Assembly (NCBI GenBank): GCA_951406725.2
Contig: OX597819.1
Span: 95,480,001 to 95,544,000, forward strand
From: Octopus vulgaris
Taxonomy: Eukaryota
Length of the DNA stretch: 64,000 bases
Direction: 5' to 3'
Position 1 is the first letter of the stretch; every line of letters begins with the position of its first letter. Below, piece by piece: positions 39,940 through 52,977 of the stretch. A program made the translations under genes and the position numbers. The notes under the pieces were generated by a model. The model saw only the letters and a program-made list of their open reading frames with translations. It did no database searches and had not been told where the DNA came from.

Positions 39940-41612
39940 TTGCTGTGTGGAAGGAGCGGCAACCTTGTCAGACCAGTAAAGGACAAGGCTGGACAGTTGC
40001 TAACTTCTATTGAGGACCAACTGGCGAGATGGAAGGAACACTTCCAAGAAACACTTAACCGGCCTCCACCTCAAGAGCAGCTAGAATTGGGGCCAGGCAT
40101 CCCGCTCAATATCTACGTTGGAGAAATCACCAAGCCAGAAATCTGCAAAGCCATGAAGAGCTTTAAGAATGGAAAGGCAGCAGGAGTGGACAGCATACCA
40201 GCAAAGGCACTGAAGGCAGGAGGAGAGATGATCGATTACATGCACCATGTGCTGAACTTGGTATGGACGACAGAGAAGATACCAACAGACTGGAGGAAGT
40301 GTCTTTTGGTGAAGCTGCTGAAGTGTGGGGATTTATCAGTGTGAAAAGTGGGGAGGAATTACCTTGCTTTCCATTCCAAGCAAAGTCCCTACAAGAATCA
40401 TTCTGGAGCAACTCAGAGATGAGCAGGCAGGTTTCAGAAAGGAGAGATCATACACAGACCAGATTGCGATGCTCAGAGTTATTGTGGAGCAGACAATGGA
40501 ATGTCAAACATCACTCTATGTGTGCTTTGTCGACTTTGAAAAAGCATTTGACAGCATAGACAGGCAGACCATCTGGGACATCTTACGACACTGTGGTGTG
40601 CCAGAGAAGATCATGGGCATTATTCAATTACTCTACGAGGAGTTTTCTTGCCAGGTCATCCATGCTGGGAGATTGTCGGAGGAATTCAGGGTCAGCACAG
40701 GAGTCAGATAGGGCTGTTTGTTGTCACCACTCCTGTTCCTCATCGTGCTGGGCTGGGTCACCAGGACAGCCTACACTACCTCTGGGAAAGGTATTCAGTA
40801 GACACTGATGAACAAGCTGGAGGACTTGGACTACTCACATGATATCATGCTACTGTCACTTCTCCTGCAAGATAAGGAAGACCACGTTACAGAAACTTCA
40901 CAGTGAGTGGGCTTGAGGATCAGCCGGGAAAAGACAAAAGTGCTGCGTATCAACAACAAGCAGGAAGCGGCAATCACAATCAAGGGGGCACCTGTGGAGG
41001 ACATCAATGAGTTTGTCTATCTTGGCAGCAAGATCAGCAAATCAGGTGAATCAGACGAGGGCATCACGGCAAGAAGCAAGAAGGTTTGGCAAGCCTTCGC
41101 TATTCTTTGGCCGGTATGGAAGTCCACTGCCATCTCAACTCGAACTAAACTCCACTTATTTAGTTCAAACGTAAAATCTGTGCTTTTGTATGGCTCTGAA
41201 ACATGAAGAGCCACCTGCAGCAACTACAAGAAGATCCAGACCTTCATCAATATATGTCTCCGGCAGATCTTACATCTGAAGTGGTTTGACAGAGTACCAA
41301 ACACCGACCTGTGGGAAAGGGCCAACCAGGAGACCATACATGTTCAGATTAGACAAAGGAAATGGAGATGGACTGGACACACACTGCGGAAAGAACCCTC
41401 AAATGTGACATGACAAGCACTTGACTGTAACCCAGAGGAAAAAGAAGTGAGGATGCCTGAAGCAGACATGGAAGTGGAGCATTTTGGATGAGCTCAGGAC
41501 CATTGACCTGACATGGGAAGCAGCCAAGAAACATGCCAATGATCACAAAAAAGTGGAAAAAAACTGTTGAAGCCCTATGTTCCACAAGGGAAAAAAGGAT
41601 TGAGAAGAAGAA
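39940..41612 (+). mobile_element. RTE-clade LINE, 5'-truncated and frameshifted
   Basis: RWKEHF, KAAGVDSIP, EQAGFRKERS, FVDFEKAFDSI, TGVR*GCLLSP, FVYLGS, VLLYGSET; gaagaagaa tail. Confidence 0.9.
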
Positions 41613-41696
41613 TTATAAAAATTAGTTGTGAGTGGTTTATTATCATATAAAAATAATGAAATTTATGAATTGTGCCTGGTTTGGAGTTAAATATAT

Positions 41697-41910
41697 TCTT
41701 TTCTACTCTAGGTACAAGGCCTGAAATTTTGGGGGAGGGGGGCAGTCGATTAGATTGACCTCAGTATACAACTGGTACTTAATTTATCACCCCTGAAAGG
41801 ATGAAAGGCAAAGTCGACCTCGGTGGAATTTGAACTCAGAACCTAGAGACAGAAGAAATGCAACTAACATTTTGCCTGGCATACTAACATTTCTGCCAGC
41901 TCGCTGCCTA
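41697..41910 (-). mobile_element. tRNA-derived SINE, family B
   Basis: Reverse complement of the 27042-type head and central domain. Confidence 0.8.
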
Positions 41911-42399
41911 TGAGTTAAATATATTGTCTCATATTCCTAACCTAATTGGCAAAATTTTTCATGCACCAGAAATAATAAAAATTAGCAATTTTAGAATTTT
42001 TATTAACCTTAAGTTGTGTACATAATTATGTTTCAATGACAAAGTCATTTAAATTTCACTGCTGTTATCTACATATTCTTCTTATCTGAAATAACCTTCA
42101 TCTTGAATTAATGCAATGCAAAAATATTCAGGCATATCTTTTTTTGTTTTGTTTTTTTCAAAAGCCCTACATAAAGGCAACATCTTTGGTATTGCTCCAA
42201 CAAAACTCATTAGATTTAAAACCTTTTAATTCTTTCAAATGTATAACAACTCAAAGTTATCTATTCAGTTTCACTGTGACTCTTGGGCATAACATCAAAT
42301 TCTCATACTTTAGTATGCCTTATTGTTGCATTGCAAATTCATCTTGGAGCAACAAACTTGACAACAAAGAAGCATGTAGCCTGCTGATCCAAATTTGTC

Positions 42400-43830
42400 C
42401 ATTTACCATAGAAGATCTTCAAAAAATGCTTTAGAAATCTGAAGAAACGGCTAGGTACAAGATCCAGATAACATCCTAGTCATCATCTGGAAGCATCCAT
42501 TCTTCCACAATCGTTTACTTCTTCAACAAGACCTATAAAAGAAACAAGCCTTCTCAAAATCTTCAATTATTCCACTGACAAAGGAAGGGGATCTTCAACT
42601 ACCTCAAAACAGAGAAATCACATTATCACCCCAATCCTCAAAAATCTACAACTTTCTGTTCCTTATTATCCCTTATTGATTCCATCCTAAGATAGAACTA
42701 AAATGCCTTCTGCAGATGCAGATCAATACTACCATAAATTCTTATCTGTAGAAGAATTAGAGAAGAGCTCAAAATCTCCAAGCAAAAGACATGAATACCA
42801 TACTGGATTTCTCCCAGATATTTGATAGTGTTAGCAAAAAGGCTATGTTATATATTCTGTAGAACAATGATATACTAGATAAAATTTCCAAAACCATCAC
42901 TGCCTTGTACAAAGACAATCAAGCTTTGTGCAAAGTGCAGCTGATCTCACTAAAGAATTTTAAATAACAACAGGAATCTTTCAGGGAGACATCTTAGCTC
43001 TTTTCTTTTTTTTTAAATTTTAATAGACTACGTCTTTAGCTAAAATCATAACCACATTCAAGACAAAGGCCTCACCAGTAAGCAGAAGGGATCAAGATAT
43101 CAGAAACTGCATTTCTATGACCTTCAGTGAAGGTTAGATATATACTGATGATCTTGCTCTCACATCTCATCAACTGAACAGTATGATGCATAAGACTTGT
43201 TAACATCCCTGAGAATACAACAGCAAAACATGGTGTTTCTCAATGCTAAAGAAGATTGAGTACATGACATCAATAACAAACAAAAGCCATCTGCCAATTT
43301 GTCCCAAAATCAATGACTTCAGGTACTTTGGGTTTTATGTTACTGTCAATTAGAAATTCTTCCTGACATGCTAGAACTGACTTAGAGTGTCTGAAACAAG
43401 CTCCAAAACATCTGGCAATCAAGTATTTCAAAGTCAACACAGCTTGCCTTCTTCAGCACATATGTAAAGAGTATTTTTCTCTGAGGAGCTGGAATCTGGA
43501 CTATGAAAGAGGAACTTCAAGATAGCTTTGATGATACATAAGGGCTTAAAATAAGGTGTGAGCACAAAGCCAAAGAGGAGATTTATAGACTCATTTTACC
43601 GATCTCTATTATTATTGCTCAATGCAGAGTATTCTTTACTGGCCACAGCTATCAAACTGAACAATAGGCCATATCAGATGTTATAATTTGGAATCTTCTG
43701 CACCTCAATAAGGATGAAGACCACTCAACTACATTGATGTTATTGGAAGAGACACAACATGAAACAGAGGGCCTACTAAAGCTACTGGAGGACAGACTTT
43801 TGGCACAGCATTGTAAGTTGAAGATGCTCG
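42400..43830 (+). mobile_element. Highly decayed LINE RT remnant
   Basis: Recognisable TTGIFQGDILA, YTDDLAL and DFRYFG motifs among many stops. Confidence 0.6.
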
Positions 43831-46187
43831 CCTTTCTGAAAACTAGCCTAACCTATTAGGATTTTTTGGAAAGTTACTCATGACAAAATAACATACTCCC
43901 AAAATAGAAATTAATAGCATACTCCCCAAAGAGAAATAAACTAGCACTATGAATCTCTGTGACCTGTGAAACAACTTGTTTCTTAAAGTATTGCATTGAT
44001 TTTTCTTCTTTTCCATGAGTTACATTTTTCTGTCCCTGTATCTATAACAAACCTGTTCTTGTTACTATCAACATGTGAGACTAAGATTTTTAAAACTTTA
44101 TGTACTTTTCTCTAAACATTTATCCTTTTTACCTCTAACCTTTTACAACTATCAAAGTCATGTTATACATACCCTATTGATTCAATTATCTTAGCAAATT
44201 TTGTAATCTAAATTGTACATTTGACATTTATTCCCTACCACCTGTTATCAAGAATAAATGTTATATAATATTTCCATAACAATTCTGTGTTTGTTCAATG
44301 GCTTCAATATAAATACAGTTTACAATGATTGAAAATTATAAGTGCTCCTTCTTTTCAAGTATCAAGGCCATTATACTTCATAAGAATGGTAATATAATTC
44401 AACCTTAATTGGTATTAAAGACTTGCTAGTAATTGTGTAAGAAGAGCAAGGGTGGGGAAGAAGTTGTTTGCATTTTAAAGTAGTTACATGCTGATACATA
44501 ATTACTTCCATCTAGTTCATGTTCTGGAAAAAAAACAGCATGTTACTATAATTTCTGATTTATTTTATCAGCATTCTTCTTTCTCAAATAATGGCTGTGA
44601 GGCTAAGATACTGAACTACTAATATCAAGGTCATAGGATCAAATCTTTGCTCTAGCTAATGTTTTATTCTTGAACACAAGGCTCATTGCACTTCTGAACT
44701 GAGTGATCAGTGATTGGAAGGGCATTCAGCAGTAACAAAAAAAAAATCAATTGATTTAATTATACATAAATATCCTAATTTTCAAAAACCACCTCACAAA
44801 TATTGGTTTCAAATTTTAGCACAACGCCAATAGGTTTGGGGGAGAGGTGAAGTCAATTAAATTGACTTCAGTGTTCAACTGTTACTTATTTTCTTGACCT
44901 CAAAAGGAAGAAAGGCAAAGTTAACTCCAACAGAATTTATACATAAAATGTAAAGACGGACAAAATGCTGCTAAGCATTTTGTCCAGTGTGCACTCGATT
45001 CTGCCAGCTCATCACCTTAATCATCCCACAAATATTGGTGGCATTGAAAAACTAAGGTGAACTAGTAAACTACAATGGCATCAGATTGATTTTACAGAGC
45101 TGATTGCAATCAATCTATATATGTTACAGGAAGTGAAACTTATTAAGGAATAATGTATCATATTATAAACATACAGATCATAAGTCCACATTGTACTGCA
45201 AGTATGGTTGTTCTGTTAATTCTATTTGGATCAATTTACCATAAACTAGGTACCAGACCTTTTGGGAAAAGTTATCTGTGATAAATTAGTACCTTATCCC
45301 AGGGCTAATGTTTTTTTCATCCACTTTCTGCTTCAATAAATCAAAGTTAAGCATCACCTCTATGAACACATCAAGTACAAGAAATGATTAAGTTTATTTT
45401 TATTATTTCTATTATCATTAATGGAAAGATTAAATACATATTTGAAACCTAATGAGTTTTGAACTCAAAACAGTCAGGTAGCAAATTTGCTGATAAAGCA
45501 TAAAACACTTACATCTAGATCACTTCTAGTACAACAATCTCTATTATTCCATTCCTTCTGAAAAATAATATACTGTACCAAAAGAACTGTGGTTGATTGA
45601 GTCATATTAAACTGAATGTCTGTTGAACGAGTCAATAATTTATATCTATCATTAACACTATGTCCAAGGCCATGACAGTTAACCTTCATTGGCTCACTCC
45701 CAGCAGTAATAAAAAGACACCACATGTAAAGATACAGCTTACTGCTATGAGAAGCAAGAGCACTATGTGTTTCATTAGCCACTTAGTGTAACTCCTCATC
45801 TAAGCCTGGTAATGAAAAGAAAATCTCTTAACAATGCTCAACCCAAGACTAAAAACTTCATTTAGTCAAGTATCGTGACTAACTGAAGTAGTTGTATAAC
45901 AGCTGTTCCATATTGAGCTCATCTCAAACAATTATTCACCATAAGATGGTTATCTTCAACTAAAAGGGATTCTATAAAGAATTATGAAGGATTTGGTCTA
46001 TTTAGAAAATACAAATGTCCTGAGCCTATATAATTTCATGAAAAAAATTTATCCTACAAAGCTCTAATTTTCTTTTTACCTAGTTTCTTTTTTGTTTCAC
46101 CAAACTCATCTTCTTTTAAGAGAAACTAACTGATGTATTTTTGTTAAAGGTTTAAATCATATTTTTTTTTTTTTTTTGGTGTTACAG

Positions 46188-46291
46188 GTAATAAACCACC
46201 TGCCCTAGTTTCACCAGAAAAAGCCAAATACTTGTTTGTGGATATACAGAGAATGAGTAAATACTTTGATGTGCCATTAAAGATACCCTCT
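46188..46291 (+). CDS. GSTK1: GSTK1 exon 3 (GNKPPALVSPEKAKYLFVDIQRMSKYFDVPLKIPS)
   Basis: Poly-T tract plus ttacag acceptor, gtaagt donor; GNKPP motif. Confidence 0.93.
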
Positions 46292-46382
46292 GTAAGTAAT
46301 TTAAACAGCTTATAATGAGTATATTAAATTTAGAACATTCCATTTGTCAAAAGCATTTATTTGTTTCCTTTATTTTTTTTAG

Positions 46383-46511
46383 GACCCATTTACTACAATG
46401 TTCGGCAAAGGTTCATTGAATGCTCAACGGTTCATTACAGTTATCGATATGATGGAGCCTAAATTTACAGGAAATATTTCACAGTTATTGTGGATGAGAA
46501 TACATAGCCTG
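46383..46511 (+). CDS. GSTK1: GSTK1 exon 4 (DPFTTMFGKGSLNAQRFIT...LLWMRIHSL)
   Basis: ttttag/gtatgt, 129 nt; KGSL.A.RF.T and LWMR motifs. Confidence 0.93.
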
Positions 46512-47094
46512 GTATGTTATGTATATATATCAATTGATATTCTGAAAGTGTATTATTTACTAGTATAAAAAATAATTTGACTGACATTGAAAATCAACTT
46601 TTCATAGTAGGCTGGAATATCTGCAAAGCTGACTACAGTGGTTTGAAATTGTGATTATGTATTAATTTAGATCAGTAGGAAATAGGTAATAATTGAGTAG
46701 AAGTTTAATTTTTCAGATGCAAAAAAATAAATAAATAAATAAAAACAAAAAACTTCACATTCTTAAGATAAAATAGGAAGTTGTGATAAAATAGGAAGTT
46801 GTGACTGTTTGCTTTTTTGCTCTCAGGTTACTCAGCTTCTAGAAGATAACAACAACAATAAAAGATGGTATTTATTGGTTTCAAATTTTGGCACAAGTCC
46901 AGCTAGTTCAGGGGAGGGGCTAGTCAATTACATCAACCCCAGTATTCAACTAGTACTTGTTTTATCGACCCCCAAAAGGATGAAAGGCAAAGTCAACCTC
47001 AGCAGAATTTGAGAGGACTGTTTTATTAAAAATCAAAAACTGTAATGATTTTCACTACTGTCACTGCTATCATAAGATAAAATGACATATTTAT

Positions 47095-47336
47095 TCTTTC
47101 ATTCTTTTGCTTGTTTCAGTCATTTGACTGCAGCCATACTGGAGCACTGCCTTAAAAAGTTTTAGTTGAACAAATCAACCCAAGAACTTATTCTTTGTAA
47201 GCCTGGTACTTATTCTATTGGTCTCTTTTACCCCAAATCACTAAGTTACAGGGCCATAAACACACCAGCACCAGTTGTGAAGCAATGGCAAGGGACAAAC
47301 ACAGACACACACACACACATAAATTTATACATATAT

Positions 47337-47395
<59 letters not shown>

Positions 47396-47752
47396 AACAA
47401 GTAAGTTAGGGGTTGTGGATCCAACACACTAAGGGATAATACTTATCCAATATACTGTTGGTATAATACCCAATTATTAATACACAAGTGTTTTTAAGTC
47501 AACATTTTAATATCCTAAAGCTGATGAACCAACTAATGTGCTTCTCCATTTTCTTATTTGAAATATATATATATACACATACATATACAGTGGGCTTCTT
47601 TCAGTTTCCGTCTACCAAATCCACTCACAAGGCTTTGGTTGGCCCAAGGCTATAGTAGAAGATACATGCCCAAGATGCCACACAATGAGACTGAACCCAG
47701 AACCATGTGGTTTGAAAGCAAGCTTCTTACCACACAATCACACTTGTGCCTG
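47095..47752 (-). mobile_element. Family A SINE carrying a ~170-bp insert in its TA tract
   Basis: Tail 47095-47340, foreign segment 47393-47560, head 47570-47752. Confidence 0.75.
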
Positions 47753-47934
47753 TTGGTATCTTCTCTTGTCATTGATGTTTTTAAACTTCCAGAGAGTTTA
47801 GTGATTACATGATTTGAAAGAAGATTTATTAAAATGACAATCTGTTTTTTTTTCTTTTATATTGTTTACTTTCTGTTTTGTTATGTTGTTGTTTAGTCCC
47901 AGGTTAACCTTAATCAAGCTGATATGATGAAAGT

Positions 47935-48680
47935 CGTTGCAGTCTGGGAGAAAAAACCCTGCGTCCACATACTCCCTCCACAACACTGATATCAAGAAAT
48001 CCTCTTGCGAGCGTGACCTAGGCATCACTGTCAGCAGTGATTTGCGTTGGACAAAGCATATCTCTAAAATTGTCAAGAAGGCCGAGGGTGTCTTGGCATC
48101 ACTCAGCAAGACTTTTGTTAGCCGCTCTCCAGCCATCTATTTAAAACTGTATACAGCTATGGTACGACCACACTTGGAATTCGCATCATCAGTTTGGAAT
48201 CCCTATCTTGCTCAGAACATTGACCTCCTGGAATCTGTCCAGAGACATGCAACCAAACGCATACCCTCCATCAGACATCTACCATATTCTGAGCGCCTTG
48301 TTTCCCTGGGCATGGATTCACTGAAGCTCCGGCGTCTGGCGACGGACTTGGTAAACACCCACAAGGTTATCAACCACCTCACCCAACAACAACACTGAAC
48401 ACCTTTTTGATCTCCATGTGTCTAACACATGTGGACATGCCTACAAAGTCAGAAAACAGCACAGCTCCCATGACTTTCGGAAACATTTTTTCACGCTCAG
48501 GGTTGCTGAAGCGTGGAATAAACTGCCTGCATCAGTTGTTGACTGCCATGACACTGCATCCTTTAAGGCCCTCATGCTTCCCGAAATCCGTCGAAACTAC
48601 ACCTGATTATATATACACTTTAGATGAGTTGTAGTGCACCTGAGCACTGTACACAATTATTATTATTTATTATTATTATA
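47935..48680 (+). mobile_element. CR1/L2-like LINE 3' fragment
   Basis: ERDLGITVSSDL, LYTAMVRPHLEF, LESVQRHATKRI, WNKLP; (TTA)n tail. Confidence 0.88.
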
Positions 48681-49243
48681 ACTATCCTGTATTTTGGTGG
48701 TTCTGTAGGACTAAACAATTTAATATATTCTGCCCTTATAAAAAGGACAGATTTAGCCACCCTAAAAAGAACATTCAATTCTCCTCCAAATTGTCATTTG
48801 ACCCGCTAAAAAGCCAACCAAATGACAGTGTGGAGTCTCCATCATTGATGTATGTTTTGTTAGGTTGTATGTTGTGTCTGCTAATTTTTTTTAGTTAAAT
48901 TTCAAAATGGAATTATTCAATAAATGCCCAAACTATAGTGAAATAAAGATTTTTTTTTTTATTTTCCCAGCCAGTCATAATTATCATTACAGCTACTTTT
49001 TCCATGTCAGCATAGGTTGGACAAGATCAATTTCAGACAGCATTCTATGGTCATATGCCTTTCCTGCTACCAACCTTTACCTTTTTTTAGCACCCAGTAC
49101 ACTCTGTAAAGTAGCTGTCTTTAGAAAGGGCTTCCATCCATAGAAACCTTGCCATAACAGGCACTGCTGCTTGATATGTTCTCTGACCAATCAGATCCTG
49201 TCAAACCATCCCACCCATTCAGCATGGAATATTGATGCTAAAT

Positions 49244-49273
49244 GATGGCAGTGGCGGAGGAGGAGGAGGAGGA

Positions 49274-49306
<33 letters not shown>

Positions 49307-49380
49307 GGTGGTGGTGGTGGTGGTGGTGGTGGTGGTGGTGGTGGTGGTGGTGGTGGTGCCGCCGCCGCCACTGCCACCAA
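49244..49380. repeat. Compound trinucleotide microsatellite (GGA)(GAT)(GGT)n(GCC)
   Basis: Directly visible; follows a decayed RTE/SINE tail. Confidence 0.95.
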
Positions 49381-49495
49381 CTATGGTATTCCACTTGTCT
49401 TCACATATCAAAACCACTGAGGTGCAGTATGTATTATATGCAGGAGATGTAAACAAACTATCACCATTGCTCATGGTGAAGTCACACAGAAATTA

Positions 49496-49526
<31 letters not shown>

Positions 49527-49803
49527 TGCACACAATGAACTTCTATACAATAGTTTCTGCCTCTCAATTTCACACTTAAGGCATTAATCATTATAAGTTG
49601 AAGACACTTGTTCAAGGTGTCTTGAGTGGAGTGGACCCAAAACCATGTGGTTACAAAGCAAATTTTATAATACTAATGAGCTTATTGTTTACAGGCACAT
49701 ATCTGTGCCTGTAAACTTCCCTCGCATCCCTAAATCTGATGGAAGTCAGGAAAGAGGATAATTGTTTTTCATTTCCATAAGTATTTTCCATTAATTATTG
49801 CAG

Positions 49804-49839
49804 GATAAAGACATTACAGAAATCAAAAGTTTTCAAGAG
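49804..49839 (+). CDS. GSTK1: GSTK1 exon 5, 36-nt small exon (DKDITEIKSFQE)
   Basis: ttgcag/gtaagt; fills the conserved EDITEPQS segment in frame. Confidence 0.88.
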
Positions 49840-50886
49840 GTAAGTACATCTACTTGTGTCTTAAATATCCACTTATGTGATAAGATTTGTTGTGGAATGT
49901 TGTAATAGGTACTAAACCTACAACAACTGTTAACTTTATTGTTTTACTTTCTTTTAGTGACAAGCACATGATGTAATGCTTGGTTTGACACCACCATATA
50001 ACCCATAACTGAATTTGCTCCACTGCAAGCATCATATTCAAGCATTGAGTTCATCTGATTCCCTGTCTCCTTCCACTCCTACAGGCCCACAACCTTGCTT
50101 ATGCGTATGTTAAATGTGAAAGTACTTTTGGTTACTTCAAACAACACATGGTCACTATTCCTGCTGATGACCCTTGTATTACCTTCAGATACTACACCTC
50201 AAAGCTAGCCCCTATACTCACCAAACTTTTCAATCTCTCCCTCTCTACATGGATCCAACCTGACCTTTGGAAACACACTACAGGACATCTCATTCCCAAG
50301 GAAAGCAATACCGTTCTGACTCTCGTAGCCTTTGCCCTATTTGCATTCATTTCAAATATCTCTAAGAACTCCTCCAAATAAATCCTGAAATTCTACAAAA
50401 CTCAGATGAGGCCCACAATGGAGTTTTACTCTCACATGAGGACAGTCTTACTTCTGCATGCAGCCTCAACTGAATTCAGTAAAGATCTATTTGATTGATT
50501 GGCATAAAGTCACTCAGATATATTCCTAACTCTGATCCACAGATGTGTTATCCTTTCTCTGCCTTTTCTACAACTACTACAATAGCCTTTTCTCCTTGAA
50601 GCTAGCTGAGCTCATGCACCACCACTCAGGCATTTCCATCCCAGTCATCTCTCCTCTCACTTTCCTTGTTATTTCTAACCCCACCTTCCCAGGCCCTGCA
50701 ATAATCACTCCACTCAAGCATTGCCATCCCATTTGTCTCTCCTCCCCTCATCTTCTATCTTGTGTTCAACTTCCTATGTCGTGTACTAATTCCTATGTCC
50801 AGTCCTTCCTTTCCAGTATGTTGACCTTTGCTGTTCACTATTACAACCAGAAATGCAATGAACTAGTGATTGGCCTGTTGGAGATA

Positions 50887-52175
50887 TGAAGGTGGACCAA
50901 AAAGTTCAGAGGCTGACTATGAAGGAGTGATGCTAGAACTGTGAAATTATGCATGCATTAATTTCAACTTTTCTTCTTAATAAGTGCAATGTTTCTTTCC
51001 ATGTAAACTGACATCTGACTGTTCAAAGAAAATTCAGAAGTAACCAGTAGTAATTTCTCTTGCAAATGGACAAACTTTGGTATTATGAAGTGATCAAGTA
51101 CTTGCAGAAAAAGGGTTTATCCCCCAAGGACATTCATGCTGACATGGTTGCTATGTTAGAGGATTATGCTGCAGCTTTATCAACAGTGTATAAGTGGGTA
51201 GCCGAATTTGTGAAGGGAAGGGAGAGTTTTGATGATCCTAGGTCTGGACGTCCTGCAACTGCCACCCCCAAGGAAAACATTGATCATGTTCACTACATGA
51301 TGATGAATGGCAGGTGATTGACTATTAATCAAATAGCCAATGCTATTAGCATGTCCCCTGATGGAGTTGAGAATATTCTGCACAATGAACTTGGCATGAT
51401 GAAGGTTTCTGCTTGGTGGGTACCACATCTTTTGACACCTGATCAAAAGTGTACCAGACTGATCACATCACAGAAAAGTCTCACATCGTTTGAGACAGAT
51501 GCAACTGGTTTCCTTGAATGTTTCCTAACCCAGAATGAGTGTTGGGTTCATCACTTTGATCCTGAGACAAAGAGACAACCAATGCCGTGGAAACACCCTC
51601 CTCACCTGCTCCAATGAAAGTCAAGGTCATTTCATCTGCAGGAAAGCTGATAGCCTCAGTTTTTTGAGATGCGAAAGGCATTGTGTTTATTGGCTATATT
51701 TATAAGGGCTACACTGTCAATGAAGAGTACCATGCCAACTTACTGAGACAGTTACAAAAGGCTGTCAAGGCCAAATACCCAAGAAAACTAATGAAAGGGG
51801 TATTGTTTCACCAGGACAATGCTCCAGCACACAAGTCCTTGGTTTCAATGACTGTTGTGTATAACTGTGGCTTTGAACTGGTTGATCACCCTCCCTATTC
51901 TCTTGGTTTGGCTACATCTGAGTATCATCTGTTCCCCAATATGAAAAAAACACTTGGCTGAGAACCAACATCACAGTAATGATGTCATATCTGCTGTTGA
52001 TGACATTTTTGACTAACAGGATGAAAACTTTTTTTACCAATGGGATCCAAGCACTGCAACACTGATGGAAGGAGTGCATGGTCCACAAGGGGTATTATGT
52101 TGAAAAACAAACTTCATTTGGTCACATTCCTTTAAAGTATCTCGGTCAGCCTATGAATTTTTCAGCTGACACTTG
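50887..52175 (+). mobile_element. Full-length decayed mariner element (~1.29 kb)
   Basis: Imperfect TIRs containing aaaa(g/a)ttca.aggctgac, TA flanks. Transposase fragments DDPRSGRP, WVPHLL, HQDNAPAH and HPPYSLGLATSEYHLF, with stops and frameshifts. Confidence 0.9.
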
Positions 52176-52679
52176 TATATAGCAGATGATGTTACTATTC
52201 ATAAATTGTGAGATAAAATAGATAAATTCATGAATAGCATCAATCTCACCAGTCTAGAAGGTCCTGTAAAGGCTACTGACCCTACCTCTTACTCCATTCT
52301 CAACATGTAAAAAAATGTTTTTGCTTTGTCTTTTTCAAATTAAACTAACCATCAGTTTCATTCTACAACTAAGTTATAAATCTTTCTTCCAACATGCTGT
52401 TGTTGCAACATTCACTTTTCTTACAGCACTCTTTTCCTTCAAAATTCCATCCCTTATATAGGTGTTTCTCACAGAGAATTTTTAGGAAATTAAGGGAATA
52501 TAACCCAACTAAATAAGTTTTCTAAAATGACATTCACAGACTGTGGAAAATAGGAAATGCATGCATAGAAAATATAAAAATAGGAAAAGTACATTTGATA
52601 AACACATCTTTCCCTAGGTGCCATTTTTAAAAAATAGAGGATGGTGAGGATATTTAAGTTGGTGAGAGGATATTTAAGT

Positions 52680-52773
52680 TGGTGGTGGTGGTGGTGGCAG
52701 TGGCGGCGGCGGCGGCGGCGGTGGTGGTGGTGGCAGTGGCGGCGGCGGCTGTGGCGGCGGTGGTGGTGGTGGT
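52680..52773. repeat. (GGT)/(GGC) microsatellite ~90 bp upstream of GSTK1 exon 6
   Basis: Directly visible. Confidence 0.9.
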
Positions 52774-52860
52774 ATAGTTTTGATTACTGAATTAAACAGG
52801 AATCTTACCAAATGTTTCATTCTTCAACACTTATTGTTTCTACTACTGAATTCTATTTAG

Positions 52861-52977
52861 GTTGGTGAACAAGCAGGAATCCCACCAAATGTTCTAACAA
52901 AAGCACTTTCCAGAATATCTGATGTTGAAGTAAAAAACCGATTGAAGGAATATTCTGATGAAGCTGTAGAAAAAGGC
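52861..52977 (+). CDS. GSTK1: GSTK1 exon 6 (VGEQAGIPPNVLTKALSRISDVEVKNRLKEYSDEAVEKG)
   Basis: tttag/gtaagt, 117 nt; VKN.LKE motif. Confidence 0.93.

Noticed and set aside
46768-46805. 18-bp tandem duplication taaaataggaagttgtga (similar case at 52642-52682)
   Set aside because: Ordinary slippage duplications with no further structure.
49191-49496. Poly-His/Gly/Val/Thr ORFs
   Set aside because: Microsatellite translations.
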